This document shows positions 25,165 through 36,647 of a DNA stretch of 64,000 nucleotides, in pieces. How positions within the stretch are numbered: the first letter of the stretch is position 1; each line of letters starts with the position of its first letter. Where the stretch lies: assembly GCA_964658305.1 (NCBI GenBank), contig OZ210885.1:5890001-5954000 (forward strand). The letters are read 5' to 3'. The notes under the pieces are model-generated. The model was not told where the DNA came from. It saw only the letters and a list, made by a program, of their open reading frames with translations, and ran no database searches. Made by a program: the position numbers and the translations under genes. The DNA is from Leptogorgia sarmentosa (Eukaryota).

Positions 25165-25855
25165 CCTACAGCCGTAAAAACAGTTCATCTATCTGCAACT
25201 AGAACGACAGGTGCTATAGAAATAAGACAGAATAAAACTTATATGTCTCATAAGACGTGTGGAAAAATAACAACTATAGATATAAAATATTTTGTAACTT
25301 GTGTACATTTCGACGAGCATGAGTTTTCTATAACAAGTATTTTTTTGTGGCAAGTTTTACTTGCAATCTGAACATGATTGTCTAGGTACAACAAATATTC
25401 ACATGTGATCAATATCGGTTTCGCTAATATAACACCTAACGACTTGCTTTATTAACTTGTCATAATTCTGTGGGAAAAAAATGCTATGTGACACACAATA
25501 CTGGAATAACGTATACTAGGTGGATAAACACTTTTTTCATCAGATAATTTAATCTGCAAAATATCATTAACAGTATAGCTTCAATCTTGTTCAGTCTGAG
25601 AAAATTGTTCATGTTTTTCTCAACCCGCATTCAAAATAATACTATTCAGCTATCCTTAATTAAACCAGGTTTTGAATATTGTTTGCTACTGTGTAGAAGG
25701 TCAATTATGCAAATTATGTTGAATTAGGCCGATATTTAATAAGAAGCTGTTTTTATTCATTTATTGTTGAGAATATATAAAGCCGGGCGGCAAGTGTGTT
25801 ACTTCAAAATAAATTTTGGCCTTGCTTTTGCTACACACAAGAAGAAGAAAGAAAA

Positions 25856-26806
25856 ATGAATTTCTCGACGGACGAAGAAGTGCTTGGAACGTCATGTAAA
25901 GTCCTGGGAAGAACTTATTTCCTCGTAACGAAACTCCCGTCTGAAAAGTTCCTCATCAATCACATATTTGCCATTACGTTTAACAGCATTTTGGTGATTC
26001 CCACGATATCACTCAACGCTGTCGCGATAATAACGATTTTAAAATCTTCCCAACTGAAAAGCAAGCCATGTTATTTCATCATCCTTGTTCAATCCGTGAT
26101 TGACTTGGCGGTTGGTGTTTTTGGCATACCTCTCTTCATCTTCTTCTTGGCAAGCGGACTAGGCGGAATTACGAACTGCATTGGAGCAAATCTGGCGTTA
26201 GGATCAACATTAATACCAATAGGAATGTCCAGTATCGCTTTATCAGCCATGACAATGGAAAGATACATTGCCATCTTATATCCATATGCTTACACAACCT
26301 TGGTGACAAAGAAGAGACTGCTGATCTTCGTTGGATCCGGTGCTGTAGTGGTGGCGTCTGTGGTCGCACTTCATTTCCAAAACCGCAAGATATTCCAGAT
26401 CTCTATAGCCGCAGTTGAAATAATAATTTTCGCCGCTACAGCATTTGCATACGCAAGAATATACCGAGTCGTCAGGAAATTGTCCCGTTCGCCGAACAGA
26501 CCACACGATCCAGCTGCAGTAGAAAATGAAACAAAAATGAGGCTGTTTCTTCGAGAAATTAAACATGCAAAATCGTGTTTCATAGTCGTGATTTGTTTTG
26601 GCGTTCTTTGCTTCCTTCCAGCAGTTATCCTATTTCCACTTTCTTCACGTTTCAACAAATTTGAATGGCTGGCATTGCAAGCCTGGGTTTGCACGCTTGG
26701 CCTGTCAAATTCCACTTTTAACTCGATGATATTCTTCTGGACAAAGAAAATGCTGAGACAAGAAGCTCTTAAAACATTGAACGCACTAGGTTTAAATTTT
26801 AAATAA
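25856..26806 (+). CDS. intronless class A (rhodopsin-like) GPCR, orphan, 316 aa
   Basis: Seven hydrophobic segments; TM1 N (ISLNAV), TM2 D (SVIDLAVG), TM3 ERY, TM6 CFLP, TM7 NSTFNSMIFFW; N-glycosylation sequon NFS; TATATAAA at ~25774. Confidence 0.9.
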   Translation: MNFSTDEEVLGTSCKVLGRTYFLVTKLPSEKFLINHIFAITFNSILVIPTISLNAVAIITILKSSQLKSKPCYFIILVQSVIDLAVGVFGIPLFIFFLASGLGGITNCIGANLALGSTLIPIGMSSIALSAMTMERYIAILYPYAYTTLVTKKRLLIFVGSGAVVVASVVALHFQNRKIFQISIAAVEIIIFAATAFAYARIYRVVRKLSRSPNRPHDPAAVENETKMRLFLREIKHAKSCFIVVICFGVLCFLPAVILFPLSSRFNKFEWLALQAWVCTLGLSNSTFNSMIFFWTKKMLRQEALKTLNALGLNFK

Positions 26807-27710
26807 TTAATACTATTATATATAATTTTATGAAGGGTGGACCGTTAAAATTTGGCCAATTTTCTGTTATTGCTAATAATAACTGCTCGTATAGGCATGT
26901 TGAACGATATTGTTCCTTATACCTCAATTGGAAAAAGACATCTATTATGACAGGTTTCGATCACTGAAACTCAATGTTTTACAATTATATGTATTATGTT
27001 ACCTTATGTACATGTGACTATGATATGATGAAGCTGACCGAATTGTATAGTAGTTGTAGTTCATGTTGCTATAGTTGAATAAGTTGTATATAATACCGTA
27101 TAATAAAAGCATTAGTATTATCAAAGGGTAACGTGTATCTATAGATCGTCTGAAATGGCATTTTCAGGGTCTTTTATTGCACTGGTATATTTTGCCTTCA
27201 TTATTTGCTGCTCAGGGCTAGAGCTGTACTGGATGTTTTTTAACATAAATACGCATACAATGTAAACTTTTCTGGAGACATTTTCTTGCATTGATTTACC
27301 TGAACTCTAGTCTTAGTTCCATCTAAATTTACCTGAAATTGTTACATGGTTTCAGTTGGTGGTGGCGGTGGGGAGGGGGTGGGGTGGATTACACCACCCA
27401 CACACACGGTCACTACGGCCAACCAACCATAGGGATGCAGAAAGTCTTAAAAGTCCACATAAATGAAATATACACTGAGTCGCAGACAATTTGTGAACTG
27501 TCTCAGATGAATTAGTTCGTGTAAACAAACTAATTGATACAAATGAATATTATAATTTAGGTAACTTGTGCGTATTAAATTACCCGCTCATCTAATTATT
27601 TCAGTTTTAAGTGGAATAATTTTTATAATGCGGTAAAGGTAACTTTCACTGTTTCGTGCATAAAGGTTTGTAATTCTTTACAAGAATCGATGTAATTCGA
27701 TCAGAGTTGT

Positions 27711-28345
27711 TTACTGGGTGCCGACTTTGTTGGAGCGAAATATTTTGAAAATGATCTGTCCAGGAGCTTTTCTGTACTTTATATGTCTCATTCCATAGAT
27801 GAGAGCATTGACAATGGAGTTAACGTTTATTCCATAAAATTCATAATAAGAAACCGCGAACCACAGTTGCTTGCATTAATTACATGAAGACTTAGTATAA
27901 ATTACCAGACCAGTCAGAATTGGTATTAAAACACAAAAATTCAACACAGCAACAACAATAGAAACTGCCTTAAGAGCGTGACAAAAGCTATTCACGTCAT
28001 TTCGTTTTGTTGCTGTTTCAACCAAGATAACTGTTCGTTGTTTTTCCGCAATGATCAAAATCAAATTAAGAATTAGCTACAATAAAAATTAATGGAAAAT
28101 AGACAAGATCAGAGTAGTATGCAGGTAGCAAAAACCTCTTAATCCGTCATCAAACTTTCTGTAATTAATTAGTAGAAACGCAAAATAGATAAAGGTAGTC
28201 AACCAGATACATTTATAGCTACAAAAACTCGTGGGTTGGTCACAATCAGCGGATATTTGAGAGGTTTTACGATAAAGAAATATCGATCAACAGAAATTGC
28301 GAGAAGTGTAGCCATTGAAGTGAACAGAATCAACAGTCTTGATCA
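27711..28345 (-). pseudogene. class A GPCR pseudogene (TM3 to C-terminus, frameshifted, N-terminus missing)
   Basis: Minus strand reads LFTSMATLLAISVDRYFFIVKPLKYPLIVT, then ILIIAEKQR..CHALKAV, then NSIVNALIYGMRHIKYRKAPGQI, broken by frameshifts and stops; paralog of 29172-30078. Confidence 0.85.
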
Positions 28346-28488
28346 TATTAGCAGGTAATAATTAATAAATGTATTTTTCATTGTAGAGATTCACGTACAG
28401 TAGAGGGGTTAAATAAACTTCGTATCTTACTGCTGCATACGATGTCTTCGACAAGTGAAATTTTATACTCATGTAAGATATGTTAAAC

Positions 28489-28913
28489 CATAGACAATCG
28501 AAGGAATGGGCTGGAAACGTAAGGAAATGTTCTAATGTAGCTGACGCCACATCCGTCATATGGCCTGATACGCTTACTTTGGAACCCATATCAATTTTTA
28601 AAACTCGTTTGGGATAAAACAATGCTAAAAACCGACACTTAATTCTAGCGGTTTTTTAATTACCGAAATATCCCCATTTTGTCATTAAAAAAGTGTAACG
28701 TAAAACATTCAACGGTCTTTTTTTGTTTCGTTTACTCCCGAACAAGCTTCAAAAGTCGATAGATGCACACTCGCGTCTGTTCTGGTTTAAACTATGTCAA
28801 TACGAAGTCCTGAGATTGATTTAATGTGAAGTTATAGGGTTCCAAATAAAGCGTATCACGGATGTTGTGCAGTTTTAGCCTGCGTTTCCAGTCCATTCCT
28901 TTGATAGTCTATG
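28489..28913. mobile_element. P-element-like MITE
   Basis: TIRs CATAGACAATCGAAGGAATGGGCTGGAAACG / CGTTTCCAGTCCATTCCTTTGATAGTCTATG; 7-bp TSD GTTAAAC at 28482-28488 and 28914-28920. Confidence 0.8.
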
Positions 28914-29171
28914 GTTAAACAAATCACTTCGCGCTATTCGTAAATTTTACACTCGATCGATGCACGATTAAGGTTCAGATTCAACTAAAAATTTTGCACT
29001 GTCCTTTGGACAAACATTGAAATTACTATCATACAGCGTCTGAATTCTCAAACTGAAATTTATATCCACATTATATTCAAGTACACACGTTTTAATTTAC
29101 AAGGACACTTTTAACTTTTACGTGGACACAAAGTGTGTACAAGATGCTACTTTAATGCATGGCAGATTTGT

Positions 29172-30078
29172 TCATTGGTTGGTGTGTTTCTTGCATCGAA
29201 GTATGGTATGAAAGATCTGTCCAGGAGCTTTTTTGTACTTGATATGTCTCATTCCATAAATGAAAGCATTCACAATGGAGTTTATTCCATAAAACTCATA
29301 GTTAAAAACTGCGAACCACAACCGTTGGCATGATTCACTACATGAAGAAATGTGTTGAAGCACTGTACCAACCACTGTTGGTGTTAAAACACAGAAAGTC
29401 AGCATTGCAACAACGATACTAAATGTTTTAACTGCTTTAAGAGCGTGAAAAAATCGCTTAGCGTCCCTCCTGTTGTTTGCTGTTTCAGCCCAGATGCGTT
29501 TTCTTTGTTTCTCCGCAACGATTAAAATCCAAACATTAAGAATTACTATTAAAGTCGAAGGAAAGTAGAGAAAAATCGTCTCCCTGGAGTAACCCGGGGC
29601 ATCATCAATGTAACAAATATTTCTTAATGTTTCCTTAAATGTTCTGATGTTAACCAATAAAACAGCAAGAACACAACAGGCAATCAACCAAATACCTGAC
29701 ATAGCTACAAAAACTCGTCGTTTGGTCACAATCAGCGGATATTTGAGAGGTTTTACAATATAAATACAACGATCAACAGTAATTGCGAGAACGACTTAAC
29801 TTACAAAATAAGTCCTGATCACTATCGATGTTTAATATAGTCTGTATAAATTCTATGATCCATATTGGATAAAATGTTAAACACACGAGAGGATCTGCCA
29901 GTGCCAGGTTTCCAACCAAGTAAGATGTCGCTGTCTTTTCTTTGCTTGTAAAAATTGTATAAATTATAACTGTGATCTTTCCCAAAACTCCAATAATCAT
30001 TGCGAAGAATTTAAATACAATGGTCGAAATGAGAATCTCACTTGGTATTGTGGAGAAATGAGACGAGTTATTTGCCAT
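29172..30078 (-). pseudogene. class A GPCR pseudogene (amine/adenosine-receptor-like fold), frameshifting deletion in TM3
   Basis: MANNSS...NLALADP...FCKLSRS runs to a stop at 29773. LAITVDRCIYIVKPLKYPLIVTKRR...NSIVNAFIYGMRH continues in another frame. Most of TM3 is missing and DRY reads DRC. Confidence 0.85.
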
Positions 30079-31000
30079 TAGTGGTTGTTCTGCTTCGGGA
30101 AGAATGACTGTTAACAACGAACAAAAATATAAACACAGAATCAATATGTAGAAAATTTTGCAACACTTGCAAATCGTCAAGTATTACCTGACATATGCAC
30201 AGACGGAAACTATTAGATAATGCTCGGAGTTTAAATGAATTGAAAGTAATTATATATGTACAACAACGTGATTATAAATCTCCAAACATTTAAAATTTTC
30301 ATCTGGAAATGACACTTGATGGGATGACATGCTTGGGCTTGCTATTATTGCTTATATATACGGAATATCATGACAATAAGAATTAAGTTGTTCCATTTAA
30401 TTAAACTTTTAGATTCGGAATGTTTATTAGTGGTTGCTGTGTACGGATATTACCGAAAATTATAGATTCGAATTATATTTATCCATATTTTAATTGTGTG
30501 AAGAAAACTTATTGTTTGTACGCAAAGCCGTTTTTAATGGGCTTTCAGTAACCACATTTCCCATTCTAAAAAAGTCTGTTTTTAAAATAAACTTAGTGCT
30601 AGATATGCCAGAGGGTGTTAAACTACCCATGCTAACCGAAAGTTTTCGGATATTTCAAGCGCTCGTTAGTTTAGAGAATGTTTTTCATCAGTAAACGTTT
30701 TTTAATACACCATGTAGTGCGGCTGGAGGATTATTAAACATTCTGCTATACCTTTTAGCAAAGGTTCAGTTGAACCATGCACAATTATTTATGATTAATT
30801 TCAGGCAGTTATTGGGAAAATAATCATTATCTGGTACTCATACAAGATTTCGTAGCCGTCGCCAATCTAAAGCTCTGACTGTATTGGCATAGCACAGGCG
30901 GTGTTTACAGTCTGGGGTAGAGCTGCTAATAAAAGTGTTTTTTCCAGTTTTTACTTCTAAATTATCTATTTTTTGTAAATCATACTTTCATAAACGTTGT

Positions 31001-31072
31001 AGCAGGGTGGCGCAGTGGAAGCGTGCTGGGCCCATAACCCAGAGGTCAGTGGATCGAAACCACTTCCTGCTA
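31001..31072 (+). tRNA. tRNA-iMet(CAT): initiator tRNA-Met (CAT), first and representative copy
   Basis: AGCAGGGTGGCGCAGTGGAAGCGTGCTGGGCCCATAACCCAGAGGTCAGTGGATCGAAACCACTTCCTGCTA: A1:U72, three G:C pairs in the anticodon stem, ATCGAAA T-loop (A54, A60), all eukaryotic initiator hallmarks. Confidence 0.97.
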
Positions 31073-31169
31073 AATATTAGGGATATCGGAACAAAAATTA
31101 ACTTCTCTTTTCTCTTAATTCTAGGTTAAAACAAGTGAAATATTTAAACTCAAATGCGTGTCTCAGCCA

Positions 31170-31262
31170 GCTCTCGTGGCCCAGTCGGTTAGTGCGTCGT
31201 ACTTATAAACAGTGCAGAAGAAGTATATGCGAAAGTCGAGGGTTCAATCACCTCCGAGAGCA
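31170..31262 (+). tRNA. tRNA-Ile(TAT): tRNA-Ile(TAT), first copy (variant with 19-nt intron and T-stem mismatch)
   Basis: Same as consensus but with an extra GAA in the intron and GAGGG/ACCTC T-stem. Confidence 0.75.
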
Positions 31263-32764
31263 ATATTTTTAACTCTGAACCTTTCCTCCCAAATTCCTGT
31301 GTTTTTCCAGTTTTTAATTCTAAATTATTTCTTTTTTGTAAATTATACATTCATAAACGCTGTAGCAGGGTGGCGCAATGGAAGCGTGCTGGGCCCATAA
31401 CCCAGAGGTCAGTGGATCGAAACAACTTCCTGCCAATTATAAGGAAAATGAGATCCAATTCAACAAAAATTAACTTCTCTTTTCTCTTAATTTTTGAAGA
31501 CAAAAGTGAAATATTTCGACTCAATTGAGTCTCTCAGTCAGCTCTCGTGCCCAGTCGGTTAGTGCGTCGTACTTATAAACAGTGCAGAAGTATATGCGAA
31601 GGTCGAGGGTTCAATCCCCTCCGAGAGCAATATTTTTTACTCTGAACCTTTCCTCCCAAATTCCTTTGTTTTTCCAGTTTTTACTTCTAAATTATTTATT
31701 TTTTGAAAATTATACTTTCAAAAACGTTGTAGCAGGGTGGCGCAGTGGAAGCGTGCTGGGCCCATAACCCAGAGGTCAGTGGATCGAAACCACTTCCTGC
31801 TAATTATGAGGAAAATGAGATCCAATTCAACAAAAATTAACTTCTTTTTTCTCCTTATTCTTTGTTAAAACAAGTTAAATATTTGAACTCAATTGTGTGT
31901 CTCCGCCAGCTCTCGTGGCCCAGTCGGTTAGTGCGTCGTACTTATAAACAGTGCAGAAGTATATGCGAAGGTCGAGGGTTCAATCCCCTCCGAGACCAAT
32001 ATTTTCAACTCCGAACCTTTCCTCCCAAGTTCCTGTGTTTTCCCAGTTTTTACTTCTGAATTATTTATTTTATGTAAATTATACTTTCATAAACGTTGTA
32101 GCAGGGTGGCGCAGTGCAAGCGTGCTGGGCCCATCAGCCAGAGGTCAGTGGATCGAAACCACTTCCTGCTAAATTTCAGGGAAATCGGAACAAAAATTAA
32201 TTTCTCTTTTCTCTTAATTCTTGCTTAAAACAAGTGAAATATTTGAACTCAATTCAGTGTCTCAGCCAGCTCTCGTGGCCCAGTCGGTAAGTGCGTCGTA
32301 CTTATAAACAGTGCAGAAGTATATGCGAAGGTCGAGGGTTCAATCCCCTCCGAGAGCAATATTTTTAAATCCGAACCTTTCCTCTCAAATTCCTGTGTTT
32401 TTCCAGTTTTTACTTTTAAATTAATTATTTTTGGTATGTCATACCTTAATAAGCGTTGTAGCAGGGTGGCGCAGTGGAAGCGTGCTGGGCCCATAACCCA
32501 GAGGTCAGTGGATCGAAACCACTTCCTGCTAATTCTGAGCAAAATGAAATCCAATTCAACAAAAATTAACTTCTGTTTTCTCTTAATTTCTGAAGAAAAA
32601 AGTGAAATATTTGGACTTAATTGAGTCTCTCAGTCAGCTCTCGTGGCCCAGTCGGTTAGTGCGTCATACTTATAAACAGTGCAGAAGTATATGCGAAGGT
32701 CGAGGGTTCAATCCCCTCCGAGAGCAATATTTTTTACTCTGAACCTTTCCTCCCAAATTCCTTT

Positions 32765-33005
32765 GTTTTTAATACACCATGTAGTGCGGCTGGAGGATTA
32801 TTAAATATTCTGCTATACCTTTTAGCAAAGGTTCAGTTGAACCATGCACAATTATTTATGATTAATTTCAGGCAGTTATTGGGAAAATAATCATTATCTG
32901 GTACTCATACTAGATTTCGTAGCCGTCGCAAATCTAAAGCTCTGACTGTATTGGCATAGCACAGGCGGTGTTTACAGTCTAGGGTAGAGCTGCTAATAAA
33001 AGTGT
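32765..33005 (+). repeat. copy of the array's left flank (~30700-30940) embedded in the array; another copy at ~33365-33605
   Basis: aatacaccatgtagtgcggctggagg...gagctgctaataaaagtg occurs three times; the two internal copies are 600 bp apart. Confidence 0.92.
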
Positions 33006-33236
33006 TTTTTCCAGTTTTTACTTCTAAATTATCTATTTTTTGTAAATCATACTTTCATAAACGTTGTAGCAGGGTGGCGCAGTGGAAGCGTGCTGGGCCC
33101 ATAACCCAGAGGTCAGTGGATCCAAACCACTTCCTGCTAAATATTAGGGATATCGGAACAAAAATTAACTTCTCTTTTCTCTTAATTCTTGGTTAAAACA
33201 AGTGAAATATTTAAACTCAAATGCGTGTCTCAGCCA

Positions 33237-33326
33237 GCTCTCGTGGCCCAGTCGGTTAGTGCGTCGTACTTATAAACAGTGCAGAAGTATATGCGAAGGT
33301 CGAGGGTTCAATCCCCTCCGAGAGCA
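33237..33326 (+). tRNA. tRNA-Ile(TAT): tRNA-Ile(TAT) with 16-nt intron (33275-33290), consensus copy
   Basis: Acceptor GCTCTCG/CGAGAGC plus discriminator A; anticodon stem TCGTA/TGCGA; CT-TAT-A then intron AACAGTGCAGAAGTAT at the canonical 37/38 position; T arm GAGGG-TTCAATC-CCCTC. Confidence 0.92.
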
Positions 33327-33329
33327 ATA

Positions 33330-33335
33330 TTTTTT
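33330..33335 (+). terminator. RNA polymerase III oligo-T terminator after tRNA-Ile (repeated in each unit)
   Basis: A run of 4-8 T starts within ~3 nt of the discriminator base in the units inspected. Confidence 0.8.
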
Positions 33336-36300
33336 ACTCTGAACCTTTCCTCCCAAATTCCTTTGTTTTTAATACACCATGTAGTGCGGCTGGAGGATTA
33401 TTAAACATTCTGCTATACCTTTTAGCAAAGGTTCAGTTGAACCATGCACAATTATTTATGATTAATTTCAGGCAGTTATTGGGAAAATAATCATTATCTG
33501 ATACTCATACTAGATTTCGTAGCCGTCGCCAATCTAAAGCTCTGACTGTATTGGCATAGCACAGGCGGTGTTTACAGTCTGGGGTAGAGCTGCTAATAAA
33601 AGTGTTTTTTCCAGTTTTTACTTCTAAATTATCTATTTTTTGTAAATCATACTTTCATAAACGTTGTAGCAGGGTGGCGCAGTGGAAGCGTGCTGGGCCC
33701 ATAACCCAGAGGTCAGTGGATCGAAACCACTTCCTGCTAAATATTAGGGATATCGGAACAAAAATTAACTTCTCTTTTCTCTTAATTCTTGGTTAAAACA
33801 AGTGAAATATTTAAACTCAAATGCGTGTCTCAGCCAGCTCTCGTGGCCCAGTCGGTTAGTGCGTCGTACTTATAAACAGTGCAGAAGTATATGCGAAAGT
33901 CGAGGGTTCAATCACCTCCGAGAGCAATATTTTTAACTCTGAACCTTTCCTCCCAAATTCCTGTGTTTTTCCAGTTTTTAATTCTAAATTATTTCTTTTT
34001 TGTAAATTTTACATTCATAAACGCTGTAGCAGGGTGGCGCAGTGGAAGCGTGCTGGGCCCATAACCCAGAGGTCAGTGGATCGAAACAACTTCCTGCCAA
34101 TTATAAGGAAAATGAGATCCAATTCAACAAAAATTAACTTCTCTTTTCTCTTAATTTTTGAAGACAAAAGTGAAATATTTCGACTCAATTGAGTCTCTCA
34201 GTCAGCTCTCGTGCCCAGTCGGTTAGTGCGTCGTACTTATAAACAGTGCAGAAGTATATGCGAAGGTCGAGGGTTCAATCCCCTCCGAGAGCAATATTTT
34301 TTACTCTGAACCTTTCCTCCCAAATTCCTTTGTTTTTCCAGTTTTTACTTCTAAATTATTTATTTTTTGAAAATTATACTTTCAAAAACGTTGTAGCAGG
34401 GTGGCGCAGTGGAAGCGTGCTGGGCCCATAACCCAGAGGTCAGTGGATCGAAACCACTTCCTGCTAATTATGAGGAAAATGAGATCCAATTCAACAAAAA
34501 TTAACTTCTTTTTTCTCCTTATTCTTTGTTAAAACAAGTTAAATATTTGAACTCAATTGTGTGTCTCGGCCAGCTCTCGTGGCCCAGTCGGTTAGTGCGT
34601 CGTACTTATAAACAGTGCAGAAGTATATGCGAAGGTCGAGGGTTCAATCCCCTCCGAGAGCAATATTTTCAACTCCGAACCTTTCCTCCCAAGTTCCTGT
34701 GTTTTCCCAGTTTTTACTTCTGAATTATTTATTTTATGTAAATTATACTTTCATAAACGTTGTAGCAGGGTGGCGCAGTGCAAGCGTGCTGGGCCCATCA
34801 GCCAGAGGTCAGTGGATCGAACCCACTTCCTGCTAAATTTCAGGGAAATCGGAACAAAAATTAATTTCTCTTTTCTCTTAATTCTTGCTTAAAACAAGTT
34901 AAATATTTGAACTCAATTCAGTGTCTCAGCCAGCTCTCGTGGCCCAGTCGGTTAGTGCGTCGTACTTATAAACAGTGCAGAAGTATATGCGAAGGTCGAG
35001 GGTTTAATCCCCTCCGAGAGCAATATTTTTAAATCCGAACCTTTCCTCCCAAATTCCTGTGTTTTTCCAGTTTTTACTTTTAAATTAACTAGTATTTTTC
35101 GTAGCTATGTTTTACCTTAATAAGCGTTGTAGCAGCGTGGCGCAGTGGAAGCGTGCTGGGCCCATAACCCAGAGCTCAGTGGATCGAAACCACTTCCTGC
35201 TAATTACGAGGAAAATGAGATCCAATTCAACAAAAATTAATTTCTCTTCTCTTTTTTTTTGAAGAGAAAAGTGGAATATTTGAACTCAATTGAGTGTCTC
35301 AGTCAGCTCTCGTGGCCCAGTCGTTTAGTGCGTCGTACTTATAAACAGTGCAGAAGTATATGCGAAGGTCGAGGGTTCAATCCCCTCCGAGAGCAATATT
35401 TTTTAACTCCGAACCTTTCCTCCCAAATTCCTGTGTTTTTCCAGTTTTTAATTTTAAATTAATTATTTTTGGTATGTTATACCTTAATAAGCGTTGTAGC
35501 AGGGTGGCGCAGTGGAAGCGTGCTTGGCCCATAACCCAGAGGTCAGTGGATCGAAACCACTTCCTGCTAATTATGAGGAAAATGAGATCCAATTCAACAA
35601 AAATTAACTTCTCTTTTCTCTTAATTTCTGAAGAAAAAAGTGAAATATTAGGACTCAATTGAGTCTCTCAGTCAGCTCTCGTGGCCCAAGTCGGTTAGTG
35701 CGTCGTACTTATAAACAGTGCAGAAGTATATGCGAAGGTCGAGGGTTCAATCCCCTCCGAGAGCAATATTTTTAACTCTGAAACTTTCCTCCCAAATTCC
35801 TTTGTTTTTCCAGGTTTTACTTCTAAATTATTTATCTTTTGTAAATTATTCTTTCATAAACGTTGTACCAGGGTGGCGCAGAAGAAGCGTGCTGGGCCCA
35901 TAACACACAGGTCAGTGGATCGAAACCACTTCCTGCTAATTATGAGCAAAATGAGATCCAATTCAACAAAAATTAACTTCCTTTTTCTCTTAATTTCTGA
36001 AGAAAAAAGTGAAATATTAGGACTCAATTGAGTCTCTCAGTCAGCTCTCGTGGCCCAGTCGGTTAGTGCGTCGTACTTATAAACAGTGCAGAAGTATATG
36101 CGAAGGTCGAGGGTTCAATCCCCTCCGAGAGCAATATTTTTTAACTCCGAACCATTCCTCCCAAATTCCTGTGTTTTTCCAGTTTTTCTTCTGAATCTTC
36201 TGAACCTTTCCTCCCAAATTCCTTTGTTTTTCCAGTTTTTACTTCTAAATTATTTATCTTTTGTAAATTATTCTTTCATAAACGCTGTAGCAGGGTGGCG

Positions 36301-36389
36301 CAGTGGAAGCGTGCTGGGCCCATAACCCAGAGGTGAGTGGATCGAAACCACTTCCTGCTAATTATGAGGAAAATGAGATCCAATTAACT

Positions 36390-36478
36390 TCTTCGTGGCT
36401 CATTCGGTCAATGCGTCGTACTTATAAACAGTGCAGAAGTATATGCGAAGGTCGAGGGTTCAATCCCCTCCTAGAGCA
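36390..36478 (+). pseudogene. 5'-damaged tRNA-Ile pseudogene (representative of ~14 copies)
   Basis: cttcttcgtggctcattcggtcaatgcgtcg: 5' acceptor strand lost, D arm mutated, 3' end often CTAGAGC. Confidence 0.85.
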
Positions 36479-36578
36479 TTTTTTTCAACTCCGAACCTTT
36501 CCTCCCAAATTCCTGTGTTTTTCCAGTTTTTCTTCTGAATTATTGATTTTTTGTAAATTATACTTTCATAAACGTTGT

Positions 36579-36647
36579 AGCAGGGTGGCGTAGTGGAAGG
36601 GTGCTGGGCCCATAACCCAGAGGTCAGTGGATCGAAACCACTTCCTG
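36579..36647 (+). pseudogene. 3'-truncated tRNA-iMet pseudogene (representative of ~14 copies)
   Basis: GGCGTAGTGGAAGGGTG D-arm changes; a 12-bp deletion (ctaattatgagg) removes C71, U72 and the discriminator. Confidence 0.85.

Noticed and set aside
29172..30180. Two separate genes, or a two-exon GPCR
   Set aside because: The halves abut with no room for an intron and with TM3 sequence missing, so this is one frameshifted gene
31170..31262. Reading the second tRNA as long-variable-arm Leu/Ser or a suppressor
   Set aside because: The extra bases lie 3' of position 37 inside the anticodon loop; removing them gives a standard TAT anticodon arm and 5-nt variable loop
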